Positions 25,618 through 38,700 of a stretch of 64,000 bases of DNA are shown here, one piece after another (positions within the stretch are counted from its first letter, which is position 1; each line of letters starts with the position of its first letter). Under the pieces are notes generated by a model, which worked only from the letters and a program-made list of their open reading frames with translations, had not been told where the DNA came from and ran no database searches. Where the stretch lies: positions 19,716,001 to 19,780,000 of the forward strand of contig OZ059897.1 of assembly GCA_964057225.1 (NCBI GenBank), read 5' to 3'. The position numbers were made by a program, and so were the translations under genes. The stretch comes from Auanema rhodensis (Eukaryota; Animalia; Nematoda).

Positions 25618-27723
25618 ATTTCTTCAGGGTGAAAATCGAGGATATAAGTGTGAACTTATATCAGTTGATATCTCGGTGCATTTTTAAGCTAGCGCAAATC
25701 TGATAACACAGATCGACGCAGCTTAAAAATCCGCATCGAATGCACTATACTACATTGAAAAACGCTTGATACAAAAATTAGTTATGATCGTTTGAAAAAT
25801 GATGCATTAGTGTATGTTGAGTTTCCATGTACACTCAACATTGCTTCCAAAAACATTTTGACAAAACTTTTTTCGAAAAATTTCAAAATAATTTAGCAAA
25901 AAGTAGATGTTTTTAGATTCCATTTTTCAAGGCAAAGACGATAGACAATGTTATTCAACGAAAAAATTAATTCTTCAGGGTGAAAATCGAGGATATAAGT
26001 GTGAACTTATATCAGTTGATATCTCGGTGCATTTTTAAGCTAGCGCAAATCTGATAACACAGATCGACGCAGCTTAAAAATCCGCATCGAATGCACTATA
26101 CTACATTGAGAAACGCTTAATACAAAAATTAGTTATGATCGTTTGAAAAATGATGCATTAGTGTATGTTGAGTTTCCATGTACACTCAACATTGCTTCCA
26201 AACACATTTTGACAAAAATTTTTTCGAAAAATTTCAAAATAATTCAGCAAAAAGTAGATGTTTTTAGATTCCATTTTCCAAGGCAAAGACGATAGACAAT
26301 GTTATTCAACGAAAAAATTAATTCTTCAGGGTGAAAATCGAGGATATAAGTGTGAACTTATATCAGTTGATATCTCGGTGCATTTTTAAGCTAGCGCAAA
26401 TCTGATAACACAGATCGACGCAGCTTAAAAATCCGCATCGAATGCACTATACTACATTGAGAAACGCTTAATACAAAAATTAGTTATGATCGTTTGAAAA
26501 ATGATGCATTAGTGTATGTTGAGTTTCCATGTACACTCAACATTGCTTCCAAAAACATTTTGACAAAAATTTTTTCGAAAAATTTCAAAATAATTTAGCA
26601 AAAAGTAGATGTTTTTAGATTCCATTTTTCAAGGCAAAGACGATGGACAATGTTATTCAACGAAAAAATTAATTCTTCAGGGTGAAAATCGAGGATATAA
26701 GTGTGAACTTATATCAGTTGATATCTCGGTGCATTTTTAAGCTAGCGCAAATCTGATAACACAGATCGACGCAGCTTAAAAATCCGCATCGAATGCACTA
26801 TACTACATTGAGAAACGCTTAATACAAAAATTAGTTATGATCGTTTGAAAAATGATGCATTAGTGTATGTTGAGTTTCCATGTACACTCAACATTGCTTC
26901 CAAAAACATTTTGACAAAAATTTTTTCGAAAAATTTCAAAATAATTTAGCAAAAAGTAGATGTTTTTAGATTCCTTTTTTCAAAGCAAAGACGATGGACA
27001 ATGTTATTCAACGAAAAAATTATTTCTTCAGGGTGAAAATCGAGGATATAAGTGTGAACTTATATCAGTTGATATCTCGGTGCATTTTTAAGCTAGCGCA
27101 AATCTGATAACACAGATCGACGCAGCTTAAAAATCCGCATCGAATGCACTATACTACATTGAAAAACGCTTGATACAAAAATTAGTTATGATCGTTTGAA
27201 AAATGATGCATTAGTGTATGTTGAGTTTCCATGTACACTCAACATTGCTTCCAAAAACATTTTGACAAAACTTTTTTCGAAAAATTTCAAAATAATTTAG
27301 CAAAAAGTAGATGTTTTTAGATTCCATTTTTCAAGGCAAAGACGATAGACAATGTTATTCAACGAAAAAATTAATTCTTCAGGGTGAAAATCGAGGATAT
27401 AAGTGTGAACTTATATCAGTTGATATCTCGGTGCATTTTTAAGCTAGCGCAAATCTGATAACACAGATCGACGCAGCTTAAAAATCCGCATCGAATGCAC
27501 TATACTACATTGAGAAACGCTTAATACAAAAATTAGTTATGATCGTTTGAAAAATGATGCATTAGTGTATGTTGAGTTTCCATGTACACTCAACATTGCT
27601 TCCAAACACATTTTGACAAAAATTTTTTCGAAAAATTTCAAAATAATTCAGCAAAAAGTAGATGTTTTTAGATTCCATTTTCCAAGGCAAAGACGATAGA
27701 CAATGTTATTCAACGAAAAAATT
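24916..27723 (+). repeat. Tandem duplication of a 4-monomer block (1404-bp unit)
   Basis: M72-75 and M76-79 both read: consensus; A305T/G314A; G142A/A151G/A250C; A235C/T277C/T310C. Confidence 0.88.
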
Positions 27724-29127
27724 AATTCTTCAGGGTGAAAATCGAGGATATAAGTGTGAACTTATATCAGTTGATATCTCGGTGCATTTTTAAGCTAGCG
27801 CAAATCTGATAACACAGATCGACGCAGCTTAAAAATCCGCATCGAATGCACTATACTACATTGAGAAACGCTTAATACAAAAATTAGTTATGATCGTTTG
27901 AAAAATGATGCATTAGTGTATGTTGAGTTTCCATGTACACTCAACATTGCTTCCAAAAACATTTTGACAAAACTTTTTTCGAAAAATTTCAAAATAATTT
28001 AGCAAAAAGTAGATGTTTTTAGATTCCATTTTTCAAGGCAAAGACGATAGACAATGTTATTCAACGAAAAAATTAATTCTTCAGGGTGAAAATCGAGGAT
28101 ATAAGTGTGAACTTATATCAGTTGATATCTCGGTGCATTTTTAAGCTAGCGCAAATCTGATAACACAGATCGACGCAGCTTAAAAATCCGCATCGAATGC
28201 ACTATACTACATTGAGAAACGCTCAATACAAAAATTAGTTATGATCGTTTGAAAAATGATGCATTAGTGTATGTTGAGTTTCCATGTACACTCAACATTG
28301 CTTCCAAAAACATTTTGACAAAAATTTTTTCGAAAAATTTCAAAATAATTTAGCAAAAAGTAGATGTTTTTAGATTCCATTTCTCAAGGCAAAGACGATA
28401 GACAATGTTATTCAACGAAAAAATTAATTCTTCAGGGTGAAAATCGAGGATATAAGTGTGAACTTATATCAGTTGATATCTCGGTGCATTTTTAAGCTAG
28501 CGCAAATCTGATAACACAGATCGACGCAGCTTAAAAATCCGCATCGAATGCACTATACTACATTGAGAAACGCTTAATACAAAAATTAGTTATGATCGTT
28601 TGAAAAATGATGCATTAGTGTATGTTGAGTTTCCATGTACACTCAACATTGCTTCCAAAAACATTTTGACAAAACTTTTTTCGAAAAATTTCAAAATAAT
28701 TTAGCAAAAAGTAGATGTTTTTAGATTCCATTTTTCAAGGCAAAGACGATAGACAATGTTATTCAACGAAAAAATTAATTCTTCAGGGTGAAAATCGAGG
28801 ATATAAGTGTGAACTTATATCAGTTGATATCTCGGTGCATTTTTAAGCTAGCGCAAATCTGATAACACAGATCGACGCAGCTTAAAAATCCGCATCGAAT
28901 GCACTATACTACATTGAGAAACGCTTAATACAAAAATTAGTTATGATCGTTTGAAAAATGATGCATTAGTGTATGTTGAGTTTCCATGTACACTCAACAT
29001 TGCTTCCAAAAACATTTTGACAAAAATTTTTTCGAAAAATTTCAAAATAATTTAGCAAAAAGTAGATGTTTTTAGATTTCATTTTTCAAGGCAAAGACGA
29101 TGGACAATGTTATTCAACGAAAAAATT

Positions 29128-31935
29128 AATTCTTCAGGGTGAAAATCGAGGATATAAGTGTGAACATATATCAGTTGATATCTCGGTGCATTTTTAAGCT
29201 AGCGCAAATCTGATAACACAGATCGACGCAGCTTAAAAATCCGCATCGAATGCACTATACTACATTGAGAAACACTTGATACAAAAATTAGTTATGATCG
29301 TTTGAAAAATGATGCATTAGTGTATGTTGAGTTTCCATGTACACTCAACATTGCTTCCAAAAACATTTTGACAAAAATTTTTTCGAAAAATTTCAAAATA
29401 ATTTAGCAAAAAGTAGATGTTTTAAGATTCCATTTTTCTAGGCAAAGACGATGGACAATGTTATTCAACGAAAAAATTAATTCTTCAGGGGGAAAATCGA
29501 GGATATAAGTGTGAACTTATATCAGTTGATATCTCGGTGCATTTTTAAGCTAGCGCAAATCTGATAACACAGATCGACGCAGCTTAAAAATCCGCATCGA
29601 ATGCACTATACTACATTGAGAAACGCTTAATACAAAAATTAGTTATGATCGTTTGAAAAATGATGCATTAGTGTATGTTGAGTTTCCATGTACACTCAAC
29701 ATTGCTTCCAAAAACATTTTGACAAAAATTTTTTCGAAAAATTTCAAAATAATTTAGCAAAAAGTAGATGTTTTAAGATTCCATTTTTCAAGGCAAAGAC
29801 GATGGACAATGTTATTCAACGAAAAAATTAATTCTTCAGGGTGAAAATCGAGGATATAAGTGTGAACTTATATCAGTTGATATCTCGGTGCATTTTTAAG
29901 CTAGCGCAAATCTGATAACACAGATCGACGCAGCTTAAAAATCCGCATCGAATGCACTATACTACATTGAGAAACGCTTAATACAAAAATTAGTTATGAT
30001 CGTTTGAAAAATGATGCATTAGTGTATGTTGAGTTTCCATGTACACTCAACATTGCTTCCAAAAACATTTTGACAAAAATTTTTTCGAAAAATTTCAAAA
30101 TAATTTAGCAAAAAGTAGATGTTTTTAGATTCCATTTCTCAAGGCAAAGACGATAGACAATGTTATTCAACGAAAAAATTAATTCTTCAGGGTGAAAATC
30201 GAGGATATAAGTGTGAACTTATATCAGTTGATATCTCGGTGCATTTTTAAGCTAGCGCAAATCTGATAACACAGATCGACGCAGCTTAAAAATCCGCATC
30301 GAATGCACTATACTACATTGAGAAACGCTTAATACAAAAATTAGTTATGATCGTTTGAAAAATGATGCATTAGTGTATGTTGAGTTTCCATGTACACTCA
30401 ACATTGCTTCCAAAAACATTTTGACAAAACTTTTTTCGAAAAATTTCAAAATAATTTAGCAAAAAGTAGATGTTTTTAGATTCCATTTTTCAAGGCAAAG
30501 ACGATGGACAATGTTATTTAACGAAAAAATTAATTTTTCAGGGTGAAAATCGAGGATATAAGTGTAAACTTATATCAGTTGATATCTCGGTGCATTTTTA
30601 AGCTAGCGCAAATCTGATAACACAGATCGACGCAGCTTAAAAATCCGCATCGAATGCACTATACTACATTGAGAAACGCTTAATACAAAAATTAGTTATG
30701 ATCGTTTGAAAAATGATGCATTAGTGTATGTTGAGTTTCCATGTACACTCAACATTGCTTCCAAAAACATTTTGACAAAAATTTTTTCGAAAAATTTCAA
30801 AATAATTTAGCAAAAAGTAGATGTTTTAAGATTCCATTTTTCTAGGCAAAGACGATGGACAATGTTATTCAACGAAAAAATTAATTCTTCAGGGGGAAAA
30901 TCGAGGATATAAGTGTGAACTTATATCAGTTGATATCTCGGTGCATTTTTAAGCTAGCGCAAATCTGATAACACAGATCGACGCAGCTTAAAAATCCGCA
31001 TCGAATGCACTATACTACATTGAGAAACGCTTAATACAAAAATTAGTTATGATCGTTTGAAAAATGATGCATTAGTGTATGTTGAGTTTCCATGTACACT
31101 CAACATTGCTTCCAAAAACATTTTGACAAAAATTTTTTCGAAAAATTTCAAAATAATTTAGCAAAAAGTAGATGTTTTAAGATTCCATTTTTCAAGGCAA
31201 AGACGATGGACAATGTTATTCAACGAAAAAATTAATTCTTCAGGGTGAAAATCGAGGATATAAGTGTGAACTTATATCAGTTGATATCTCGGTGCATTTT
31301 TAAGCTAGCGCAAATCTGATAACACAGATCGACGCAGCTTAAAAATCCGCATCGAATGCACTATACTACATTGAGAAACGCTTAATACAAAAATTAGTTA
31401 TGATCGTTTGAAAAATGATGCATTAGTGTATGTTGAGTTTCCATGTACACTCAACATTGCTTCCAAAAACATTTTGACAAAAATTTTTTCGAAAAATTTC
31501 AAAATAATTTAGCAAAAAGTAGATGTTTTTAGATTCCATTTCTCAAGGCAAAGACGATAGACAATGTTATTCAACGAAAAAATTAATTCTTCAGGGTGAA
31601 AATCGAGGATATAAGTGTGAACTTATATCAGTTGATATCTCGGTGCATTTTTAAGCTAGCGCAAATCTGATAACACAGATCGACGCAGCTTAAAAATCCG
31701 CATCGAATGCACTATACTACATTGAGAAACGCTTAATACAAAAATTAGTTATGATCGTTTGAAAAATGATGCATTAGTGTATGTTGAGTTTCCATGTACA
31801 CTCAACATTGCTTCCAAAAACATTTTGACAAAACTTTTTTCGAAAAATTTCAAAATAATTTAGCAAAAAGTAGATGTTTTTAGATTCCATTTTTCAAGGC
31901 AAAGACGATAGACAATGTTATTCAACGAAAAAATT
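29128..31935 (+). repeat. Imperfect 4-monomer tandem duplication carrying locally private variants
   Basis: TTTTAAGA (p297A) + TTTCTAGG (p312T), then GGGGAAAA (p13G) + p297A, then T309C, then A250C; the pattern occurs in M84-87 and again in M88-91. Confidence 0.82.
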
Positions 31936-34900
31936 AATTCTTCAGGGTGAAAATCGAGGATATAAGTGTGAACTTATATCAGTTGATATCTCGGTGCATT
32001 TTTAAGCTAGCGCAAATCTGATAACACAGATCGACGCAGCTTAAAAATCCGCATCGAATGCACTATACTACATTGAGAAACGCTTAATACAAAAATTAGT
32101 TATGATCGTTTGAAAAATGATGCATTAGTGTATGTTGAGTTTCCATGTACACTCAACATTGCTTCCAAAAACATTTTGACAAAAATTTTTTCGAAAAATT
32201 TCAAAATAATTTAGCAAAAAGTAGATGTTTTTAGATTCCATTTCTCAAGGCAAAGACGATAGACAATGTTATTCAACGAAAAAATTAATTCTTCAGGGTG
32301 AAAATCGAGGATATAAGTGTGAACTTATATCAGTTGATATCTCGGTGCATTTTTAAGCTAGCGCAAATCTGATAACACAGATCGACGCAGCTTAAAAATC
32401 CGCATCGAATGCACTATACTACATTGAGAAACGCTTAATACAAAAATTAGTTATGATCGTTTGAAAAATGATGCATTAGTGTATGTTGAGTTTCCATGTA
32501 CACTCAACATTGCTTCCAAAAACATTTTGACAAAAATTTTTTCGAAAAATTTCAAAATAATTTAGCAAAAAGTAGATGTTTTTAGATTCCTTTTTTCAAA
32601 GCAAAGACGATGGACAATGTTATTCAACGAAAAAATTATTTCTTCAGGGTGAAAATCGAGGATATAAGTGTGAACTTATATCAGTTGATATCTCGGTGCA
32701 TTTTTAAGCTAGCGCAAATCTGATAACACAGATCGACGCAGCTTAAAAATCCGCATCGAATGCACTATACTACATTGAGAAACGCTTAATACAAAAATTA
32801 GTTATGATCGTTTGAAAAATGATGCATTAGTGTATGTTGAGTTTCCATGTACACTCAACATTGCTTCCAAACACATTTTGACAAAAATTTTTTCGAAAAA
32901 TTTCAAAATAATTCAGCAAAAAGTAGATGTTTTTAGATTCCATTTTCCAAGGCAAAGACGATAGACAATGTTATTCAACGAAAAAATTAATTCTTCAGGG
33001 TGAAAATCGAGGATATAAGTGTGAACTTATATCAGTTGATATCTCGGTGCATTTTTAAGCTAGCGCAAATCTGATAACACAGATCGACGCAGCTTAAAAA
33101 TCCGCATCGAATGCACTATACTACATTGAGAAACGCTTAATACAAAAATTAGTTATGATCGTTTGAAAAATGATGCATTAGTGTATGTTGAGTTTCCATG
33201 TACACTCAACATTGCTTCCAAAAACATTTTGACAAAACTTTTTTCGAAAAATTTCAAAATAATTTAGCAAAAAGTAGATGTTTTTAGATTCCATTTTTCA
33301 AGGCAAAGACGATAGACAATGTTATTCAACGAAAAAATTAATTCTTCAGGGTGAAAATCGAGGATATAAGTGTGAACTTATATCAGTTGATATCTCGGTG
33401 CATTTTTAAGCTAGCGCAAATCTGATAACACAGATCGACGCAGCTTAAAAATCCGCATCGAATGCACTATACTACATTGAGAAACGCTTAATACAAAAAT
33501 TAGTTATGATCGTTTGAAAAATGATGCATTAGTGTATGTTGAGTTTCCATGTACACTCAACATTGCTTCCAAAAACATTTTGACAAAAATTTTTTCGAAA
33601 AATTTCAAAATAATTTAGCAAAAAGTAGATGTTTTTAGATTCCATTTCTCAAGGCAAAGACGATAGACAATGTTATTCAACGAAAAAATTAATTCTTCAG
33701 GGTGAAAATCGAGGATATAAGTGTGAACTTATATCAGTTGATATCTCGGTGCATTTTTAAGCTAGCGCAAATCTGATAACACAGATCGACGCAGCTTAAA
33801 AATCCGCATCGAATGCACTATACTACATGGAGAAACGCTTAATACAAAAATTAGTTATGATCGTTTGAAAAATGATGCATTAGTGTATGTTGAGTTTCCA
33901 TGTACACTCAACATTGCTTCCAAAAACATTTTGACAAAAATTTTTTCGAAAAATTTCAAAATAATTTAGCAAAAAGTAGATGTTTTTAGATTCCATTTTT
34001 CAAGGCAAAGACGATGGACAATGTTATTCAACGAAAAAATTATTTCTTCAGGGTGAAAATCGAGGATATAAGTGTGAACTTATATCAGTTGATATCTCGG
34101 TGCATTTTTAAGCTAGCGCAAATCTGATAACACAGATCGACGCAGCTTAAAAATCCGCATCGAATGCACTATACTACATTGAGAAACGCTTAATACAAAA
34201 ATTAGTTATGATCGTTTGAAAAATGATGCATTAGTGTATGTTGAGTTTCCATGTACACTCAACATTGCTTCCAAAAACATTTTGACAAAAATTTTTTCGA
34301 AAAATTTCAAAATAATTTAGCAAAAAGTAGATGTTTTTAGATTCCATTTCTCAAGGCAAAGACGATAGACAATGTTATTCAACGAAAAAATTAATTCTTC
34401 AGGGTGAAAATCGAGGATATAAGTGTGAACTTATATCAGTTGATATCTCGGTGCATTTTTAAGCTAGCGCAAATCTGATAACACAGATCGACGCAGCTTA
34501 AAAATCCGCATCGAATGCACTATACTACATTGAGAAACGCTTAATACAAAAATTAGTTATGATCGTTTGAAAAATGATGCATTAGTGTATGTTGAGTTTC
34601 CATGTACACTCAACATTGCTTCCAAAAACATTTTGACAAAAATTTTTTCGAAAAATTTCAAAATAATTTAGCAAAAAGTAGATGTTTTTAGATTCCATTT
34701 CTCAAGGCAAAGACGATAGACAATGTTATTCAACGAAAAAATTAATTCTTCAGGGTGAAAATCGAGGATATAAGTGTGAACTTATATCAGTTGATATCTC
34801 GGTGCATTTTTAAGCTAGCGCAAATCTGATAACACAGATCGACGCAGCTTAAAAATCCGCATCGAATGCACTATACTACATTGAGAAACGCTTAATACAA

Positions 34901-35796
34901 AAATTAGTTATGATCGTTTGAAAAATGATGCATTAGTGTATGTTGAGTTTCCATGTACACTCAACATTGCTTCCAAAAACATTTTGACAAAAATTTTTTC
35001 GAAAAATTTCAAAATAATTTAGCAAAAAGTAGATGTTTTTAGATTCCTTTTTTCAAAGCAAAGACGATGGACAATGTTATTCAACGAAAAAATTATTTCT
35101 TCAGGGTGAAAATCGAGGATATAAGTGTGAACTTATATCAGTTGATATCTCGGTGCATTTTTAAGCTAGCGCAAATCTGATAACACAGATCGACGCAGCT
35201 TAAAAATCCGCATCGAATGCACTATACTACATTGAGAAACGCTTAATACAAAAATTAGTTATGATCGTTTGAAAAATGATGCATTAGTGTATGTTGAGTT
35301 TCCATGTACACTCAACATTGCTTCCAAAAACATTTTGACAAAACTTTTTTCGAAAAATTTCAAAATAATTTAGCAAAAAGTAGATGTTTTTAGATTCCAT
35401 TTTTCAAGGCAAAGACGATAGACAATGTTATTCAACGAAAAAATTAATTCTTCAGGGTGAAAATCGAGGATATAAGTGTGAACTTATATCAGTTGATATC
35501 TCGGTGCATTTTTAAGCTAGCGCAAATCTGATAACACAGATCGACGCAGCTTAAAAATCCGCATCGAATGCACTATACTACATTGAGAAACGCTTAATAC
35601 AAAAATTAGTTATGATCGTTTGAAAAATGATGCATTAGTGTATGTTGAGTTTCCATGTACACTCAACATTGCTTCCAAACACATTTTGACAAAAATTTTT
35701 TCGAAAAATTTCAAAATAATTCAGCAAAAAGTAGATGTTTTTAGATTCCATTTTCCAAGGCAAAGACGATAGACAATGTTATTCAACGAAAAAATT

Positions 35797-38700
35797 AATT
35801 CTTCAGGGTGAAAATCGAGGATATAAGTGTGAACTTATATCAGTTGATATCTCGGTGCATTTTTAAGCTAGCGCAAATCTGATAACACAGATCGACGCAG
35901 CTTAAAAATCCGCATCGAATGCACTATACTACATTGAGAAACGCTTAATACAAAAATTAGTTATGATCGTTTGAAAAATGATGCATTAGTGTATGTTGAG
36001 TTTCCATGTACACTCAACATTGCTTCCAAAAACATTTTGACAAAACTTTTTTCGAAAAATTTCAAAATAATTTAGCAAAAAGTAGATGTTTTTAGATTCC
36101 ATTTTTCAAGGCAAAGACGATAGACAATGTTATTCAACGAAAAAATTAATTCTTCAGGGTGAAAATCGAGGATATAAGTGTGAACTTATATCAGTTGATA
36201 TCTCGGTGCATTTTTAAGCTAGCGCAAATCTGATAACACAGATCGACGCAGCTTAAAAATCCGCATCGAATGCACTATACTACATTGAGAAACGCTTAAT
36301 ACAAAAATTAGTTATGATCGTTTGAAAAATGATGCATTAGTGTATGTTGAGTTTCCATGTACACTCAACATTGCTTCCAAAAACATTTTGACAAAACTTT
36401 TTTCGAAAAATTTCAAAATAATTTAGCAAAAAGTAGATGTTTTTAGATTCCATTTTTCAAGGCAAAGACGATAGACAATGTTATTCAACGAAAAAATTAA
36501 TTCTTCAGGGTGAAAATCGAGGATATAAGTGTGAACTTATATCAGTTGATATCTCGGTGCATTTTTAAGCTAGCGCAAATCTGATAACACAGATCGACGC
36601 AGCTTAAAAATCCGCATCGAATGCACTATACTACATTGAGAAACGCTTAATACAAAAATTAGTTATGATCGTTTGAAAAATGATGCATTAGTGTATGTTG
36701 AGTTTCCATGTACACTCAACATTGCTTCCAAAAACATTTTGACAAAAATTTTTTCGAAAAATTTCAAAATAATTTAGCAAAAAGTAGATGTTTTTAGATT
36801 CCATTTCTCAAGGCAAAGACGATAGACAATGTTATTCAACGAAAAAATTAATTCTTCAGGGTGAAAATCGAGGATATAAGTGTGAACTTATATCAGTTGA
36901 TATCTCGGTGCATTTTTAAGCTAGCGCAAATCTGATAACACAGATCGACGCAGCTTAAAAATCCGCATCGAATGCACTATACTACATTGAGAAACGCTTA
37001 ATACAAAAATTAGTTATGATCGTTTGAAAAATGATGCATTAGTGTATGTTGAGTTTCCATGTACACTCAACATTGCTTCCAAAAACATTTTGACAAAACT
37101 TTTTTCGAAAAATTTCAAAATAATTTAGCAAAAAGTAGATGTTTTTAGATTCCATTTTTCAAGGCAAAGACGATAGACAATGTTATTCAACGAAAAAATT
37201 AATTCTTCAGGGTGAAAATCGAGGATATAAGTGTGAACTTATATCAGTTGATATCTCGGTGCATTTTTAAGCTAGCGCAAATCTGATAACACAGATCGAC
37301 GCAGCTTAAAAATCCGCATCGAATGCACTATACTACATTGAAAAACGCTTAATACAAAAATTAGTTATGATCGTTTGAAAAATGATGCATTAGTGTATGT
37401 TGAGTTTCCATGTACACTCAACATTGCTTCCAAAAACATTTTGACAAAACTTTTTTCGAAAAATTTCAAAATAATTTAGCAAAAAGTAGATGTTTTTAGA
37501 TTCCATTTTTCAAGGCAAAGACGATAGACAATGTTATTCAACGAAAAAATTAATTCTTCAGGGTGAAAATCGAGGATATAAGTGTGAACTTATATCAGTT
37601 GATATCTCGGTGCATTTTTAAGCTAGCGCAAATCTGATAACACAGATCGACGCAGCTTAAAAATCCGCATCGAATGCACTATACTACATTGAAAAACGCT
37701 TGATACAAAAATTAGTTATGATCTTTTGAAAAATGATGCATTAGTGTATGTTGAGTTTCCATGTACACTCAACATTGCTTCCAAAAACATTTTGACAAAA
37801 ATTTTTTCGAAAAATTTCAAAATAATTTAGCAAAAAGTAGATGTTTTTAGATTCCATTTCTCAAGGCAAAGACGATAGACAATGTTATTCAACGAAAAAA
37901 TTAATTCTTCAGGGTGAAAATCGAGGATATAAGTGTGAACTTATATCAGTTGATATCTCGGTGCATTTTTAAGCTAGCGCAAATCTGATAACACAGATCG
38001 ACGCAGCTTAAAAATCCGCATCGAATGCACTATACTACATTGAGAAACGCTTAATACAAAAATTAGTTATGATCGTTTGAAAAATGATGCATTAGTGTAT
38101 GTTGAGTTTCCATGTACACTCAACATTGCTTCCAAAAACATTTTGACAAAACTTTTTTCGAAAAATTTCAAAATAATTTAGCAAAAAGTAGATGTTTTTA
38201 GATTCCATTTTTCAAGGCAAAGACGATAGACAATGTTATTCAACGAAAAAATTAATTCTTCAGGGTGAAAATCGAGGATATAAGTGTGAACTTATATCAG
38301 TTGATATCTCGGTGCATTTTTAAGCTAGCGCAAATCTGATAACACAGATCGACGCAGCTTAAAAATCCGCATCGAATGCACTATACTACATTGAGAAACG
38401 CTTAATACAAAAATTAGTTATGATCGTTTGAAAAATGATGCATTAGTGTATGTTGAGTTTCCATGTACACTCAACATTGCTTCCAAACACATTTTGACAA
38501 AAATTTTTTCGAAAAATTTCAAAATAATTCAGCAAAAAGTAGATGTTTTTAGATTCCATTTTCCAAGGCAAAGACGATAGACAATGTTATTCAACGAAAA
38601 AATTAATTCTTCAGGGTGAAAATCGAGGATATAAGTGTGAACTTATATCAGTTGATATCTCGGTGCATTTTTAAGCTAGCGCAAATCTGATAACACAGAT

